From a virus, in IMG/VR virus record IMGVR_UViG_3300045988_046223, positions 1 through 40,142 of that record: 40,142 bases of DNA; one strand, 5' to 3'. The translations under genes and the position numbers were made by a program. Below are positions 1 through 6,988 of this stretch, in pieces (positions within the stretch are counted from its first letter, which is position 1; each line of letters starts with the position of its first letter). The notes below the pieces were generated by a model. It was not told the DNA's origin and did no database searches. It saw only the letters and a program-made list of their open reading frames with translations.

Positions 1-24
1 GTGGAGGATGGGGGACTCGAACCC
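1..24. repeat. attL core (direct repeat, duplicated tRNA 3' segment)
   Basis: gtggaggatgggggactcgaaccc is identical to 40119-40142. The flanking sequence 25-90 does not fold into the rest of a tRNA, so this is the displaced partial copy. Confidence 0.85.
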
Positions 25-73
25 CGATTATTCTACGAAGCACGGTATTATATTCATTACTTATCGTAAAAAT

Positions 74-148
74 TGTGTACCGTATGTACTTACATCCCCA
101 TACCAAATACAGCCCGAGAATAAAAAATGTGTACTTTCACTGTGTACT
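74..148 (+). promoter_or_regulatory. Candidate integrase arm-type binding sites (P arm)
   Basis: Direct copies of TGTGTAC(T)/TATGTACT lie at 74-80, 83-90, 128-135 and 141-148. The same octamer occurs twice next to attR. Confidence 0.5.
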
Positions 149-1222
149 TTTTCCAGCTGCTATGGCTGCATCAAAAATGCCCTCGATGTTCTCTGCTATT
201 ACTTTATCCTGTCCGTTTATGGCGTGCGCGTATACGCCGTAAGTGTCCATATTCTGGCTGTGCCCTATCACCTGTTTAAGCTGGCCTGTTGGCAAATTGG
301 CTGCTATGCTGACAAACGTATGGCGCAACTCGTACAAGGTGCATTGCGTAATGCCGTTGGCGGCGCAGTATCTTTGCCACGCGCGGCGAATGTTCCGCTC
401 TTCTACCTGTGGAAAGACGCGCTGACACATTCCGGTCAAATCTTTTTGTGCGTTAAGTTCTTCCAGCGAACGAGCCGAAAGGATAACTGCGCGAGGGGCA
501 TTCTCATTCTTTCCCCTTGATTCTTTCCCGTATATGTTCACGGAGCGCTTGAGCCGAGCTACACCGCCCTCAATGTCTCCCCATTCAAGGCCCAGAAGTT
601 CACCGGGGCGCATCCCTGTGAAAACAGCTAATCTATAATAATGTATATACTTGTCAAATACCCTGTGTCCCCTGCTAAGGGTGGTATCGACGTTCAAAAG
701 CGTTATAATATCGGTCGGCTGCAAAATGGTTCGCTCTTTGAAACGCGCACCCTCTGGAACGTGCAGTTCCTCCGGCTCAAACGTTGTCCATCCAGAGCGG
801 CGGCAAAACTTGAAAAAGCTCCGCAGGTCGCCCGCAATGTTCTTAATTGTCTTTTTGCTGCGGCCTGCTGCAAAAGCATCATCCAGTATGTCTTGTACTG
901 CCTGCTCTGTTAGGGAAGTCAGGCGCGTGTCTCCGATGCGCGGGGCAATCCACTTGTTATATCGCCCCTGCATTGGCTTCCAGTTTCCTTCGGAAGAAAT
1001 CTTCATCTGGCGGGCCATGTATTGGACATATGCTTCGGAAACGGTCTGCTTGCGGTTCTGGATGCCTTTTTCAAGCCATGCGTCGGCCTTGGCGTTGGCT
1101 TCACGCTGCCCTGTCCTTCCCGGCTTGGCGCTGGTGAATGTCTTTCTCACGCCGTCTTTCTGCACATTGATTTGCCAACGGTTGGCAGATTCGACCCATT
1201 TTGCGGTATTTGTGCGTTTCAT
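137..1222 (-). CDS. int: Tyrosine recombinase / phage integrase
   Basis: 361-aa ORF with catalytic-signature regions MRPGELLGL, ELRHTFVS and GHSQNMDTYGVYAH. It is adjacent to attL. Confidence 0.95.
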   Translation of the reverse strand: MKRTNTAKWVESANRWQINVQKDGVRKTFTSAKPGRTGQREANAKADAWLEKGIQNRKQTVSEAYVQYMARQMKISSEGNWKPMQGRYNKWIAPRIGDTRLTSLTEQAVQDILDDAFAAGRSKKTIKNIAGDLRSFFKFCRRSGWTTFEPEELHVPEGARFKERTILQPTDIITLLNVDTTLSRGHRVFDKYIHYYRLAVFTGMRPGELLGLEWGDIEGGVARLKRSVNIYGKESRGKNENAPRAVILSARSLEELNAQKDLTGMCQRVFPQVEERNIRRAWQRYCAANGITQCTLYELRHTFVSIAANLPTGQLKQVIGHSQNMDTYGVYAHAINGQDKVIAENIEGIFDAAIAAGKSTQ

Positions 1223-1438
1223 ATTGCGTTGCCCCTTTCTTTGTGATAGAATAAGGGCGGGTTTAGAGCCTGTCCGCTTTTATAACCCACCTTTTAGCAG
1301 TTTCGATGTTACAGCATCGGAGCTGCTTTTTTCATGTTTTTTCGCGCTTGAAATGTGTTATAGTCCTATTAAAGGCATTGACAAATGAAAATTTTTGTGA
1401 AAGCGTTGAAGTACTACAAGAAGTTGTGTAAAATACAA

Positions 1439-2350
1439 TCAATGGTTGCTTGAAAACAACCTGCGGCAATCAATGTTGTAAGATTTCAAAACTCTTTGAG
1501 CGAGACCATCTTTTCCAAAAATGTAGGATGTTACAATACCTGCGGCATCTATCGCAGGAACAGTTGGGTTTTCAACAAGCATCTTGCCGTATCGTCCTTT
1601 GGCCATATCAAAAATTTGTTCTTCAGTAAAGCCAGCTTTTTTTTGGGCTTTCTTTAGTTCCTGCATAATACTAGGAGCTATAAAAGGATATTGGCAATTC
1701 ATATCATAAAAAGGTATTTCAAGTAGCATAGAAAAAGCCGTTTCAAACTTTTTTTCGTCTACCAAAAACTCATACATGGAATATCGTAAATCACGGCATT
1801 TTTTGGGAGACGAAATTGCTTCCATATATAGTTTATTGTATTTCCCCCATATTAAATCCCGATACGGTACGTCTCTTTTAGCGTTTACGGCGCGGCAAAA
1901 CTCTGGCAAGGAAAAAGCAGCACGAGCGTAAGCTTTTCTGTGCCAAAAATAAACATATTCGTTATTTTTTATTTCTTCTTTTCCCTTTTCGGTTAATTTC
2001 CCGTTTTCGGCGAAACCCATTGTTTCTAGCTTTTTAATAATTGGCCAAACGTCATCAACGCCATAATCATAATGCCAGAACTTTGCAACAGGCTTTCCGC
2101 TGGAATATTTCTCTAAATAAGAAAGCATTAAAATTTCTGTTGGTTTCAGGCCGTTTTTGTCTGCCAGGTCATCAGCGGAAAGCGCCAGAAAATTATCGTT
2201 TGCACGCTCTTCCTGTTCTGCATGCCGCTTTTCTGCTTGTGCTTTGCAGTAATTAGCATATTGCTTTGCAATTTCATCTTTAGGCGGCTCATGTGTAGTT
2301 ATGGAAACATTTACTTTTGGTTTCGGCTTCAAAAAGTCAAAAAAGCCCAT
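1439..2350 (-). CDS. Hypothetical protein, AT-rich cargo gene between repressor and integrase
   Basis: 303-aa ORF with no motif I recognise. It is co-oriented with the repressor and int. Hand-counted G+C of three 60-nt lines is 30-38%, against 52% for a line inside int. Confidence 0.8.
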   Translation of the reverse strand: MGFFDFLKPKPKVNVSITTHEPPKDEIAKQYANYCKAQAEKRHAEQEERANDNFLALSADDLADKNGLKPTEILMLSYLEKYSSGKPVAKFWHYDYGVDDVWPIIKKLETMGFAENGKLTEKGKEEIKNNEYVYFWHRKAYARAAFSLPEFCRAVNAKRDVPYRDLIWGKYNKLYMEAISSPKKCRDLRYSMYEFLVDEKKFETAFSMLLEIPFYDMNCQYPFIAPSIMQELKKAQKKAGFTEEQIFDMAKGRYGKMLVENPTVPAIDAAGIVTSYIFGKDGLAQRVLKSYNIDCRRLFSSNH

Positions 2351-2425
2351 AGTATCACAACCTTATTTGATTGGAGGAATCAGAAATGACGGACACAGAA
2401 AAACTTATTGAAATTGTTTCAACCT

Positions 2426-2869
2426 TTACGCCTGACCAGATGACCGATTTTGTAACTGCTGCGCAAGATTTAATAAAGCGCTTGCAAGCTGATGGCTCTC
2501 TTGGCAAAGAAAAATGAGCTTTTGTACATCTTGCGGCAAATCAGATATTAGCCCATCGCCTTGTACGGTGGGCTTTTTTGTAGATAGATTGTCGAGGTAT
2601 GTCAACATTTTAGCAGTATCAACCTCCCCGCCAGTATACACGCTGGCGGGGTTTTCTTTTTCCCCGGTCAGGTCGGCAACGGTGACTCCTAACTCGTTAG
2701 CTATTGCGACCAGTTTGTCATAAGGCGGGGAACTTGGCCTCTTCGCCATTTTGCCGATATACCCATTTGAAAAACCGAGCTTTTCCTCTAGCCTAGTCAA
2801 GCTAGTCTTTTTCTTTTTGCACAGGGCACGAATGGTTTCTACAGTTTTAACATTATCCACAAAAATCAC
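2426..2869 (-). CDS. CI-like repressor (XRE-family HTH)
   Basis: 147-aa ORF with a GTG start and an N-terminal HTH (LTRLEEKLGFSNGYIGKM). It is divergent from the Cro-like gene. Confidence 0.85.
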   Translation of the reverse strand: MIFVDNVKTVETIRALCKKKKTSLTRLEEKLGFSNGYIGKMAKRPSSPPYDKLVAIANELGVTVADLTGEKENPASVYTGGEVDTAKMLTYLDNLSTKKPTVQGDGLISDLPQDVQKLIFLCQESHQLASALLNLAQQLQNRSSGQA

Positions 2870-2891
2870 CTAGACTATTTGTGCATATTTT

Positions 2892-2927
2892 TAGGCGATA
2901 GCCTATTGACTACTAGGCGATAAGCTA
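2892..2927. promoter_or_regulatory. Candidate operator repeats
   Basis: TAGGCgataGCCTA lies at 2892-2905 (5-bp inverted repeat). TAGGCgataAGCTA lies at 2914-2927, inside the rightward promoter spacer. A related copy, GCATATTTTcTAGCAATA, lies at 3027-3044 inside the leftward promoter spacer. Confidence 0.5.
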
Positions 2928-2934
2928 GTATAAT
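2906..2934 (+). promoter_or_regulatory. Rightward (lytic) sigma-A-type promoter
   Basis: TTGACT (2906-2911), 17-nt spacer, TATAAT (2929-2934). Confidence 0.7.
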
Positions 2935-3020
2935 AGACAGCATAGAGGGCAACAAAGAACCAAGCCCCCTAAAATCCAGCGGACTAGCTAAAAATATGCT
3001 GTTATAAATCTCGCAAGTTC

Positions 3021-3049
3021 ATAGTAGCATATTTTCTAGCAATAGTCAA
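3021..3049 (-). promoter_or_regulatory. Leftward (lysogenic) sigma-A-type promoter
   Basis: On the minus strand: TTGACT (3049-3044), 17-nt spacer, TACTAT (3026-3021). It faces the rightward promoter. Confidence 0.6.
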
Positions 3050-3070
3050 CTAGAAAGGAGCTTTTGCTAG

Positions 3071-3265
3071 GTGAATATTTCGAAAATTGATGCGCTGTGC
3101 CGAAAAAACAATATTTCTCGCACAATCCTTGAGGAACGCGCCGGAATCTCAAACGGCGCACTTGGCAAGTGGGAGAAATCGCCTTACGGCCCCAGCATCA
3201 CGACGCTAAAGAAAGTGGCTGACTATTTCGGCGTGCCGATTGATTACTTGCTAGCCGATAACTAG
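3071..3265 (+). CDS. Cro-like XRE-family HTH regulator
   Basis: 64 aa with a GTG start after an AGGAG SD. HTH region: ISRTILEERAGISNGALGKWEK. Confidence 0.85.
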   Translation: MNISKIDALCRKNNISRTILEERAGISNGALGKWEKSPYGPSITTLKKVADYFGVPIDYLLADN

Positions 3266-3318
3266 AAAGATGGAGGCGTCTGTAAGTGAACTGATCGCGG
3301 AAAGAGAGGAGTGAGCGA

Positions 3319-4053
3319 ATGAACAACATTCAGATTTTTAAGTACGAAAACAACGATGTACGCACGGTTGAGATGAACGGTGAACCCTGGTTTGTGCTGA
3401 AAGACGTGTGCGTGGTACTTGGGCTTGGAACTGTCTCTAAAGTTGCTGACAGGCTGGACGCTGACGAAAAGGGTATGAATCAGATTCACACCCCTGGCGG
3501 TATGCAGGATGTAACGGTTATCAACGAATCCGGCCTGTACAACGTCATCCTGCGCAGCGACAAGCCAGAGGCAAAGCCTTTCCGCAAATGGGTCACCAGT
3601 GAAGTCTTGCCCAGTATCCGCAAAAACGGTGGTTACATCGCCGGGCAGGAACAGCTTACCCCATCCGAATTGATGGCTAAAGCCCTGCTGGTTGCCAACA
3701 AAACGCTTGCGGAACGTGAGGCGAGGATTTCGGAGCTGAAGGTTCAGAATGCTATTATGCAGCCGAAAGCTGAATACTTTGACGAGCTGGTAGACCGCAA
3801 CCTGCTTACCAGTTTCCGCGAGACAGCGAAACAACTTGGAGTTGAAGAGAAAAAGTTTATCTCTTTTTTGATGGAAAAGAAATACATCTACAGAGATAAA
3901 AAGGCAAAGCTGATGCCCTACGCCGATAAAAACAACGGATTGTTTGAGGTTAAAGAGTGCTTTAACGAGAAAACCAAGTGGAGCGGCACACAGACACTTA
4001 TCACGCCTAAAGGCCGTGAGACGTTCCGACTGCTGTGCTTGAATGCTTTATAA
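3319..4053 (+). CDS. Antirepressor (Bro-N domain plus KilAC/ANT-like C-terminal domain)
   Basis: N-terminus FKYENNDVRTVEMNGEPWFVLKDVC...KPFRKWVTSEVLPSIRKNG is typical of Bro-N. The C-terminal half resembles phage antirepressor domains. Confidence 0.85.
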   Translation: MNNIQIFKYENNDVRTVEMNGEPWFVLKDVCVVLGLGTVSKVADRLDADEKGMNQIHTPGGMQDVTVINESGLYNVILRSDKPEAKPFRKWVTSEVLPSIRKNGGYIAGQEQLTPSELMAKALLVANKTLAEREARISELKVQNAIMQPKAEYFDELVDRNLLTSFRETAKQLGVEEKKFISFLMEKKYIYRDKKAKLMPYADKNNGLFEVKECFNEKTKWSGTQTLITPKGRETFRLLCLNAL

Positions 4054-4163
4054 AAAGGAACAACCCAATGACACCTAAACTGTTTGTCACAATTGCTATC
4101 AAGGGCGCCGTGCTGGGCGGTGCGATATGCAATCTGGTTTTTACGTTCTACTTTGAACACTGG

Positions 4164-4430
4164 TTAAAAAGAGAGCGGGAAAATGCCGAGCGCTTCGCCG
4201 AAAAGAGAAATTGCAGCGATTATTACCGATACAATGGCAATAGCGTTTGCACGCTTTGCACTGGCATCGGCATCCTTTGCCTCCTGCTCAGCTTTTTGAG
4301 CACGGCGCTCCGCTAACTCTGCAAGGCGTTTGGCTTGTACGGCAGTTTCCGTTGATGATTTTTCAATATTTTTCAGCGGAGTGCTTTCAAAGTCAATGTC
4401 TTTTGTAAAATCTGGAATTTTTAAATCCAT
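4164..4430 (-). CDS. Tail-anchored small membrane protein, antisense to the early operon
   Basis: 88 aa from ATG 4430, preceded by an AAGGGGGA SD. It has a charged coiled-coil middle and a C-terminal TM segment (AIAIVSVIIAAISLFGEALGIF). It has its own promoter. The competing + ORF 4068-4316 looks like an antisense artefact. Confidence 0.6.
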   Translation of the reverse strand: MDLKIPDFTKDIDFESTPLKNIEKSSTETAVQAKRLAELAERRAQKAEQEAKDADASAKRANAIAIVSVIIAAISLFGEALGIFPLSF

Positions 4431-4451
4431 ACTATTTTCCCCCTTTCGCAC

Positions 4452-4480
4452 AGTATACAGCTTTGCGACAGCGGAGACAA
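4452..4480 (-). promoter_or_regulatory. Promoter for the 4164-4430 minus-strand gene
   Basis: On the minus strand: TTGTCT (4480-4475), 17-nt spacer, TATACT (4457-4452). Confidence 0.5.
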
Positions 4481-4492
4481 GGAGGGTTAAAG

Positions 4493-4786
4493 ATGTACCC
4501 AACATTCAACGACTACATCAAGTCAAAGGGCTGGAACCAGAAACGCCTTGCAGAAGCCGCCAGAATAAACCCCGGCGTGTTTTCGCACCGTGTAAACGGG
4601 CGGCAGGATTGGCAATGGGCGGAAGTTCGCAGAGTGTGCGAAGTTCTTAACATCACACTTGAGGAATTTGCCGAGTATTACCCGGCAGGAACCCGAATCC
4701 GCGTAAAGCGGCCACCAACGAATGAGGAACGCATCGACAGCGTTCTTTCAGAGCTAAGAAGTATTTTAATTCAAAGGAGTGTTTGA
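4493..4786 (+). CDS. Small DNA-binding (HTH-like) early protein
   Basis: 97 aa from ATG 4493 after an AAGGAGGG SD. HTH-like region: QKRLAEAARINPGVFSHRVNG. Confidence 0.7.
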   Translation: MYPTFNDYIKSKGWNQKRLAEAARINPGVFSHRVNGRQDWQWAEVRRVCEVLNITLEEFAEYYPAGTRIRVKRPPTNEERIDSVLSELRSILIQRSV

Positions 4787-4787
4787 A

Positions 4788-5042
4788 ATGACAGCAAAAA
4801 AAGAAGCCGCCCCGGTACTGGCATACCGGAACGGCAAAGGAAAAATGAGCAAAGGTAAAAGCTCTATTTGTATTTTACCACTTCCCCGCGCCGCCGTCAA
4901 GCTGGCAATCACCGCAGATTTGGTGCTGCTGCTGGCCGCGCTTGGCTCTCTCAACATCCCCGCCACCCTCTCCGCACTGCTGGCGCTGAATCTGCTGTGC
5001 GGACTGTATCCAAAGGAGGCATCCAGCCATGAAGAAATTTGA
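4788..5042 (+). CDS. Small hydrophobic protein
   Basis: 84 aa after an AAAGGAG SD. The C-terminal half is hydrophobic (LAITADLVLLLAALGSLNIPATLSALLALNLLCGL). Confidence 0.6.
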   Translation: MTAKKEAAPVLAYRNGKGKMSKGKSSICILPLPRAAVKLAITADLVLLLAALGSLNIPATLSALLALNLLCGLYPKEASSHEEI

Positions 5043-5691
5043 ACTGACCGCCGAATTTGTAACGAACGTTTTCGGGAAGAAGCTGTTCCGTATTAAGGCT
5101 CTCGTCGCTTTTGGCGACGTTGAGAAGGGAGAACTTGGCGGATTTATTGAGAAGGAAGATAACATCTCTCACTCCGGCAATGCGTGGGTCTCCGGCAATG
5201 CGTGGGTCTCCGGCAATGCGCAGGTTTCCGGCGATGCGCAGGTCTCCGGCAATGCGTGGGTCTCCGGCGATGCGCAGGTTTCCGGCGATGCGCAGGTTTC
5301 CGGCGATGCGCAGGTCTACGGCAATGCGCAGGTCTACGGCAATGCGCAGGTTTCCGGCAATGCGCAGGTCTACGGCAATGCGCAGGTCTCCGGCGATGCG
5401 TGGGTCTCCGGCGATGCGTTGGTCTCCGGCGATGCGCAGGTTTCCGGCGATGCAGACTTTGCCGTCGTTACAGGCTTTGGTCGATATTTCCGCGCGACCA
5501 CATTTTTCTGCTGCAAGGATAAAATTCTCCGCGTACAGTGCGGTTGCTTTTATGGTGATTTGGCGCAGTTCCGTGAGATCGTCAAGAAAACCCACGGCGT
5601 CAGCAAATACGCCAAAGAGTACCTTGCGATTGCCGACTTGATGGAGCTGCATTTTTCTGATGAGGAAGAAAAACAGGAGGCCGACGAATGA
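5029..5691 (+). CDS. Hexapeptide-repeat (predicted beta-solenoid) early protein, function unknown
   Basis: 220 aa with 16 consecutive [SY]G[ND]A[QWL]V hexapeptides flanked by non-repetitive N- and C-terminal domains. Confidence 0.85.
   Translation: MKKFELTAEFVTNVFGKKLFRIKALVAFGDVEKGELGGFIEKEDNISHSGNAWVSGNAWVSGNAQVSGDAQVSGNAWVSGDAQVSGDAQVSGDAQVYGNAQVYGNAQVSGNAQVYGNAQVSGDAWVSGDALVSGDAQVSGDADFAVVTGFGRYFRATTFFCCKDKILRVQCGCFYGDLAQFREIVKKTHGVSKYAKEYLAIADLMELHFSDEEEKQEADE
5173..5460 (+). repeat. 16 x 18-bp tandem repeat (coding)
   Basis: The unit is tccggc(a/g)atgcg(cag/tgg)gt(c/t), repeated head to tail. It leaves several frames open on both strands. Confidence 0.95.
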
Positions 5692-5891
5692 CCAGCTTCT
5701 GGGGGCATCAAGATAACCCCTTCCCGCCCTATGATGATGAACCGATTGGAACGGACGCTGACGGCGTACCGTACTACGAGGGCGACGAGATTGTAGACAT
5801 CGACGGCGCGATTTACCGCTACGATGACTTAGACGTTAAGACAGTTTTGACCGCGCTCGGCATCCCGATTGCGGTTGCAGCAGAGGGATAA
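5688..5891 (+). CDS. Small highly acidic early protein
   Basis: 67 aa with an ATGA overlap to the upstream gene. It is very D/E-rich. Confidence 0.7.
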   Translation: MTSFWGHQDNPFPPYDDEPIGTDADGVPYYEGDEIVDIDGAIYRYDDLDVKTVLTALGIPIAVAAEG

Positions 5892-5893
5892 AG

Positions 5894-6094
5894 ATGACTT
5901 GCGAGAGAATGAGAACCGCATTCAAGGACAACGCCCCTGATAAATACCAGAAACACTTTCAGGCTATGCAACAGATTATACATGACCGCTCTACGCCAGA
6001 CTTCATCAAATATCAGCAGATGCGAGACCTTACGCTTTCCGCTGAAACAGGGATGAGCCAGAGCATGCGCAGATTCGAATACATGGAGGTTTGA
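5894..6094 (+). CDS. Hypothetical early protein
   Basis: 66-aa ORF tightly packed between neighbouring genes. Confidence 0.6.
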   Translation: MTCERMRTAFKDNAPDKYQKHFQAMQQIIHDRSTPDFIKYQQMRDLTLSAETGMSQSMRRFEYMEV

Positions 6095-6097
6095 CAA

Positions 6098-6988
6098 ATG
6101 GAAACGAAATTACAGGTAATCACGCTGAAGCAGTTGCCCATTATCGAAGAGCATCTTCAGCTGGTTAAAGCCGATGTAGAGACCCGCACGAAGAACGCGA
6201 TGCAGCTTGTTTGCACGGAAGAAACGCGCAGCGACGTGAAGAAAATCCGCGCGGAACTGGGCAAAGAGTTTGCAGCGATGGAAGAACAGCGCAAACGAGT
6301 CAAAGAAGCCATCATGGAGCCGTACAACCGCTTCGAGGAAGTGTACAAGCAGTGCATCGCAGACCCGTATAAAAAGGCCGATGCCGAGTTGAAGCGCCGC
6401 GTTGACGAGGTCGAGACTGGCTTGAAAGCTGACAAGGTAAAGGAAATTCAGAGCTACTTCGCAGAGCTTTGCAAGGCGAACAACCTGCCGTGGCTGCGCT
6501 TTGAGCAGATGAATTTGAAAATCGGGCTTTCGACCAGTGTGAACGGCGTGAAAACGGCGTTGACTGCAACGGTGCTTAAAATCGCCGAAGAGGTGAAGGA
6601 ACTTTCCCGCCATGAGGACGCCGCAGAGTTGCTGGTTGAATATAAGAAATCGCTGAATGTTGCGCTGGCGTTGAGTACAGTTCGCGCCAGACACGCCATG
6701 ATCGAACTTCAAAAGCAGCGTGTCGCCGAGCGCCGCGCGGCACTGGAACAGCAGCATGCAGCAGAAGAAAAGGTACAGCAGGCCATCGAAGAAGCGCAGC
6801 AGGACGCCGCGCCGCCTGTTGAAGAGGTATCTGCACCTGAGGAAGAACAGCCCGCAGCCGTGCAGGAGCCGGAGGAAACACAGCCTGCCGTCTATGAAGT
6901 AAAGTTCGCCGTTCGCGGCACCATCGAACAGTTGAAGAAACTGAAACAGTTCATCTTACAGGAGGGTATGAGCTATGACGACATCTAA
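6098..6988 (+). CDS. DUF1351-like coiled-coil protein of the recombination module
   Basis: 296 aa, immediately upstream of and overlapping recT. This arrangement is typical of Firmicutes siphophages. The family name is from memory. Confidence 0.7.
   Translation: METKLQVITLKQLPIIEEHLQLVKADVETRTKNAMQLVCTEETRSDVKKIRAELGKEFAAMEEQRKRVKEAIMEPYNRFEEVYKQCIADPYKKADAELKRRVDEVETGLKADKVKEIQSYFAELCKANNLPWLRFEQMNLKIGLSTSVNGVKTALTATVLKIAEEVKELSRHEDAAELLVEYKKSLNVALALSTVRARHAMIELQKQRVAERRAALEQQHAAEEKVQQAIEEAQQDAAPPVEEVSAPEEEQPAAVQEPEETQPAVYEVKFAVRGTIEQLKKLKQFILQEGMSYDDI

Noticed and set aside
1-90. Whether a complete tRNA gene lies at the left end.
   Set aside because: The reverse complement of 25-90 has no matching acceptor 5' strand (GGAGGAT...), D arm or anticodon arm. 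Only the 24-nt core is tRNA-derived.
1297-1336. Hairpin AGCAG...CGATG ttacag CATCG...CTGCT followed by T6 on the + strand, between int and the AT-rich gene.
   Set aside because: It is oriented as a + strand terminator, yet both flanking genes are on the minus strand. In the minus orientation it lacks a U-tract. It may block antisense read-through, but I cannot support a function.
2386-2517. 43-codon + strand ORF (MTDTEKLIEIVSTFTPDQMTDFVTAAQDLIKRLQADGSLGKEK) with a good GGAGGA SD. It overlaps the 3' end of the repressor gene in antisense.
   Set aside because: It has no promoter and sits between two minus-strand genes of one operon. It overlaps 92 nt of the repressor C-terminus, which also translates plausibly. 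It cannot be distinguished from an antisense artefact without Ribo-seq or conservation data.
4068-4316. + strand ORF (MTPKLFVTIAIKGAVLGG...) competing with the minus-strand gene 4164-4430.
   Set aside because: Its distal half (CTLCTGIGILCLLLSFLSTALR) looks like the antisense image of the charged helix of the minus-strand ORF. The minus-strand ORF has the better SD and its own promoter. Strand choice is still flagged as uncertain.
5173-5460. Whether the regular 18-bp repeat array is a CRISPR array.
   Set aside because: The repeats are contiguous with no spacers, they are in frame within a CDS, and no cas genes are present.
4951-5652. Additional open frames across the tandem repeat: 5111-5641 (+), 5184-5522 (+) and 4951-5652 (-).
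   Set aside because: The 18-bp unit has no stop codon in these frames, so they stay open by construction. Only 5029-5691 has a start context and non-repetitive flanking domains.
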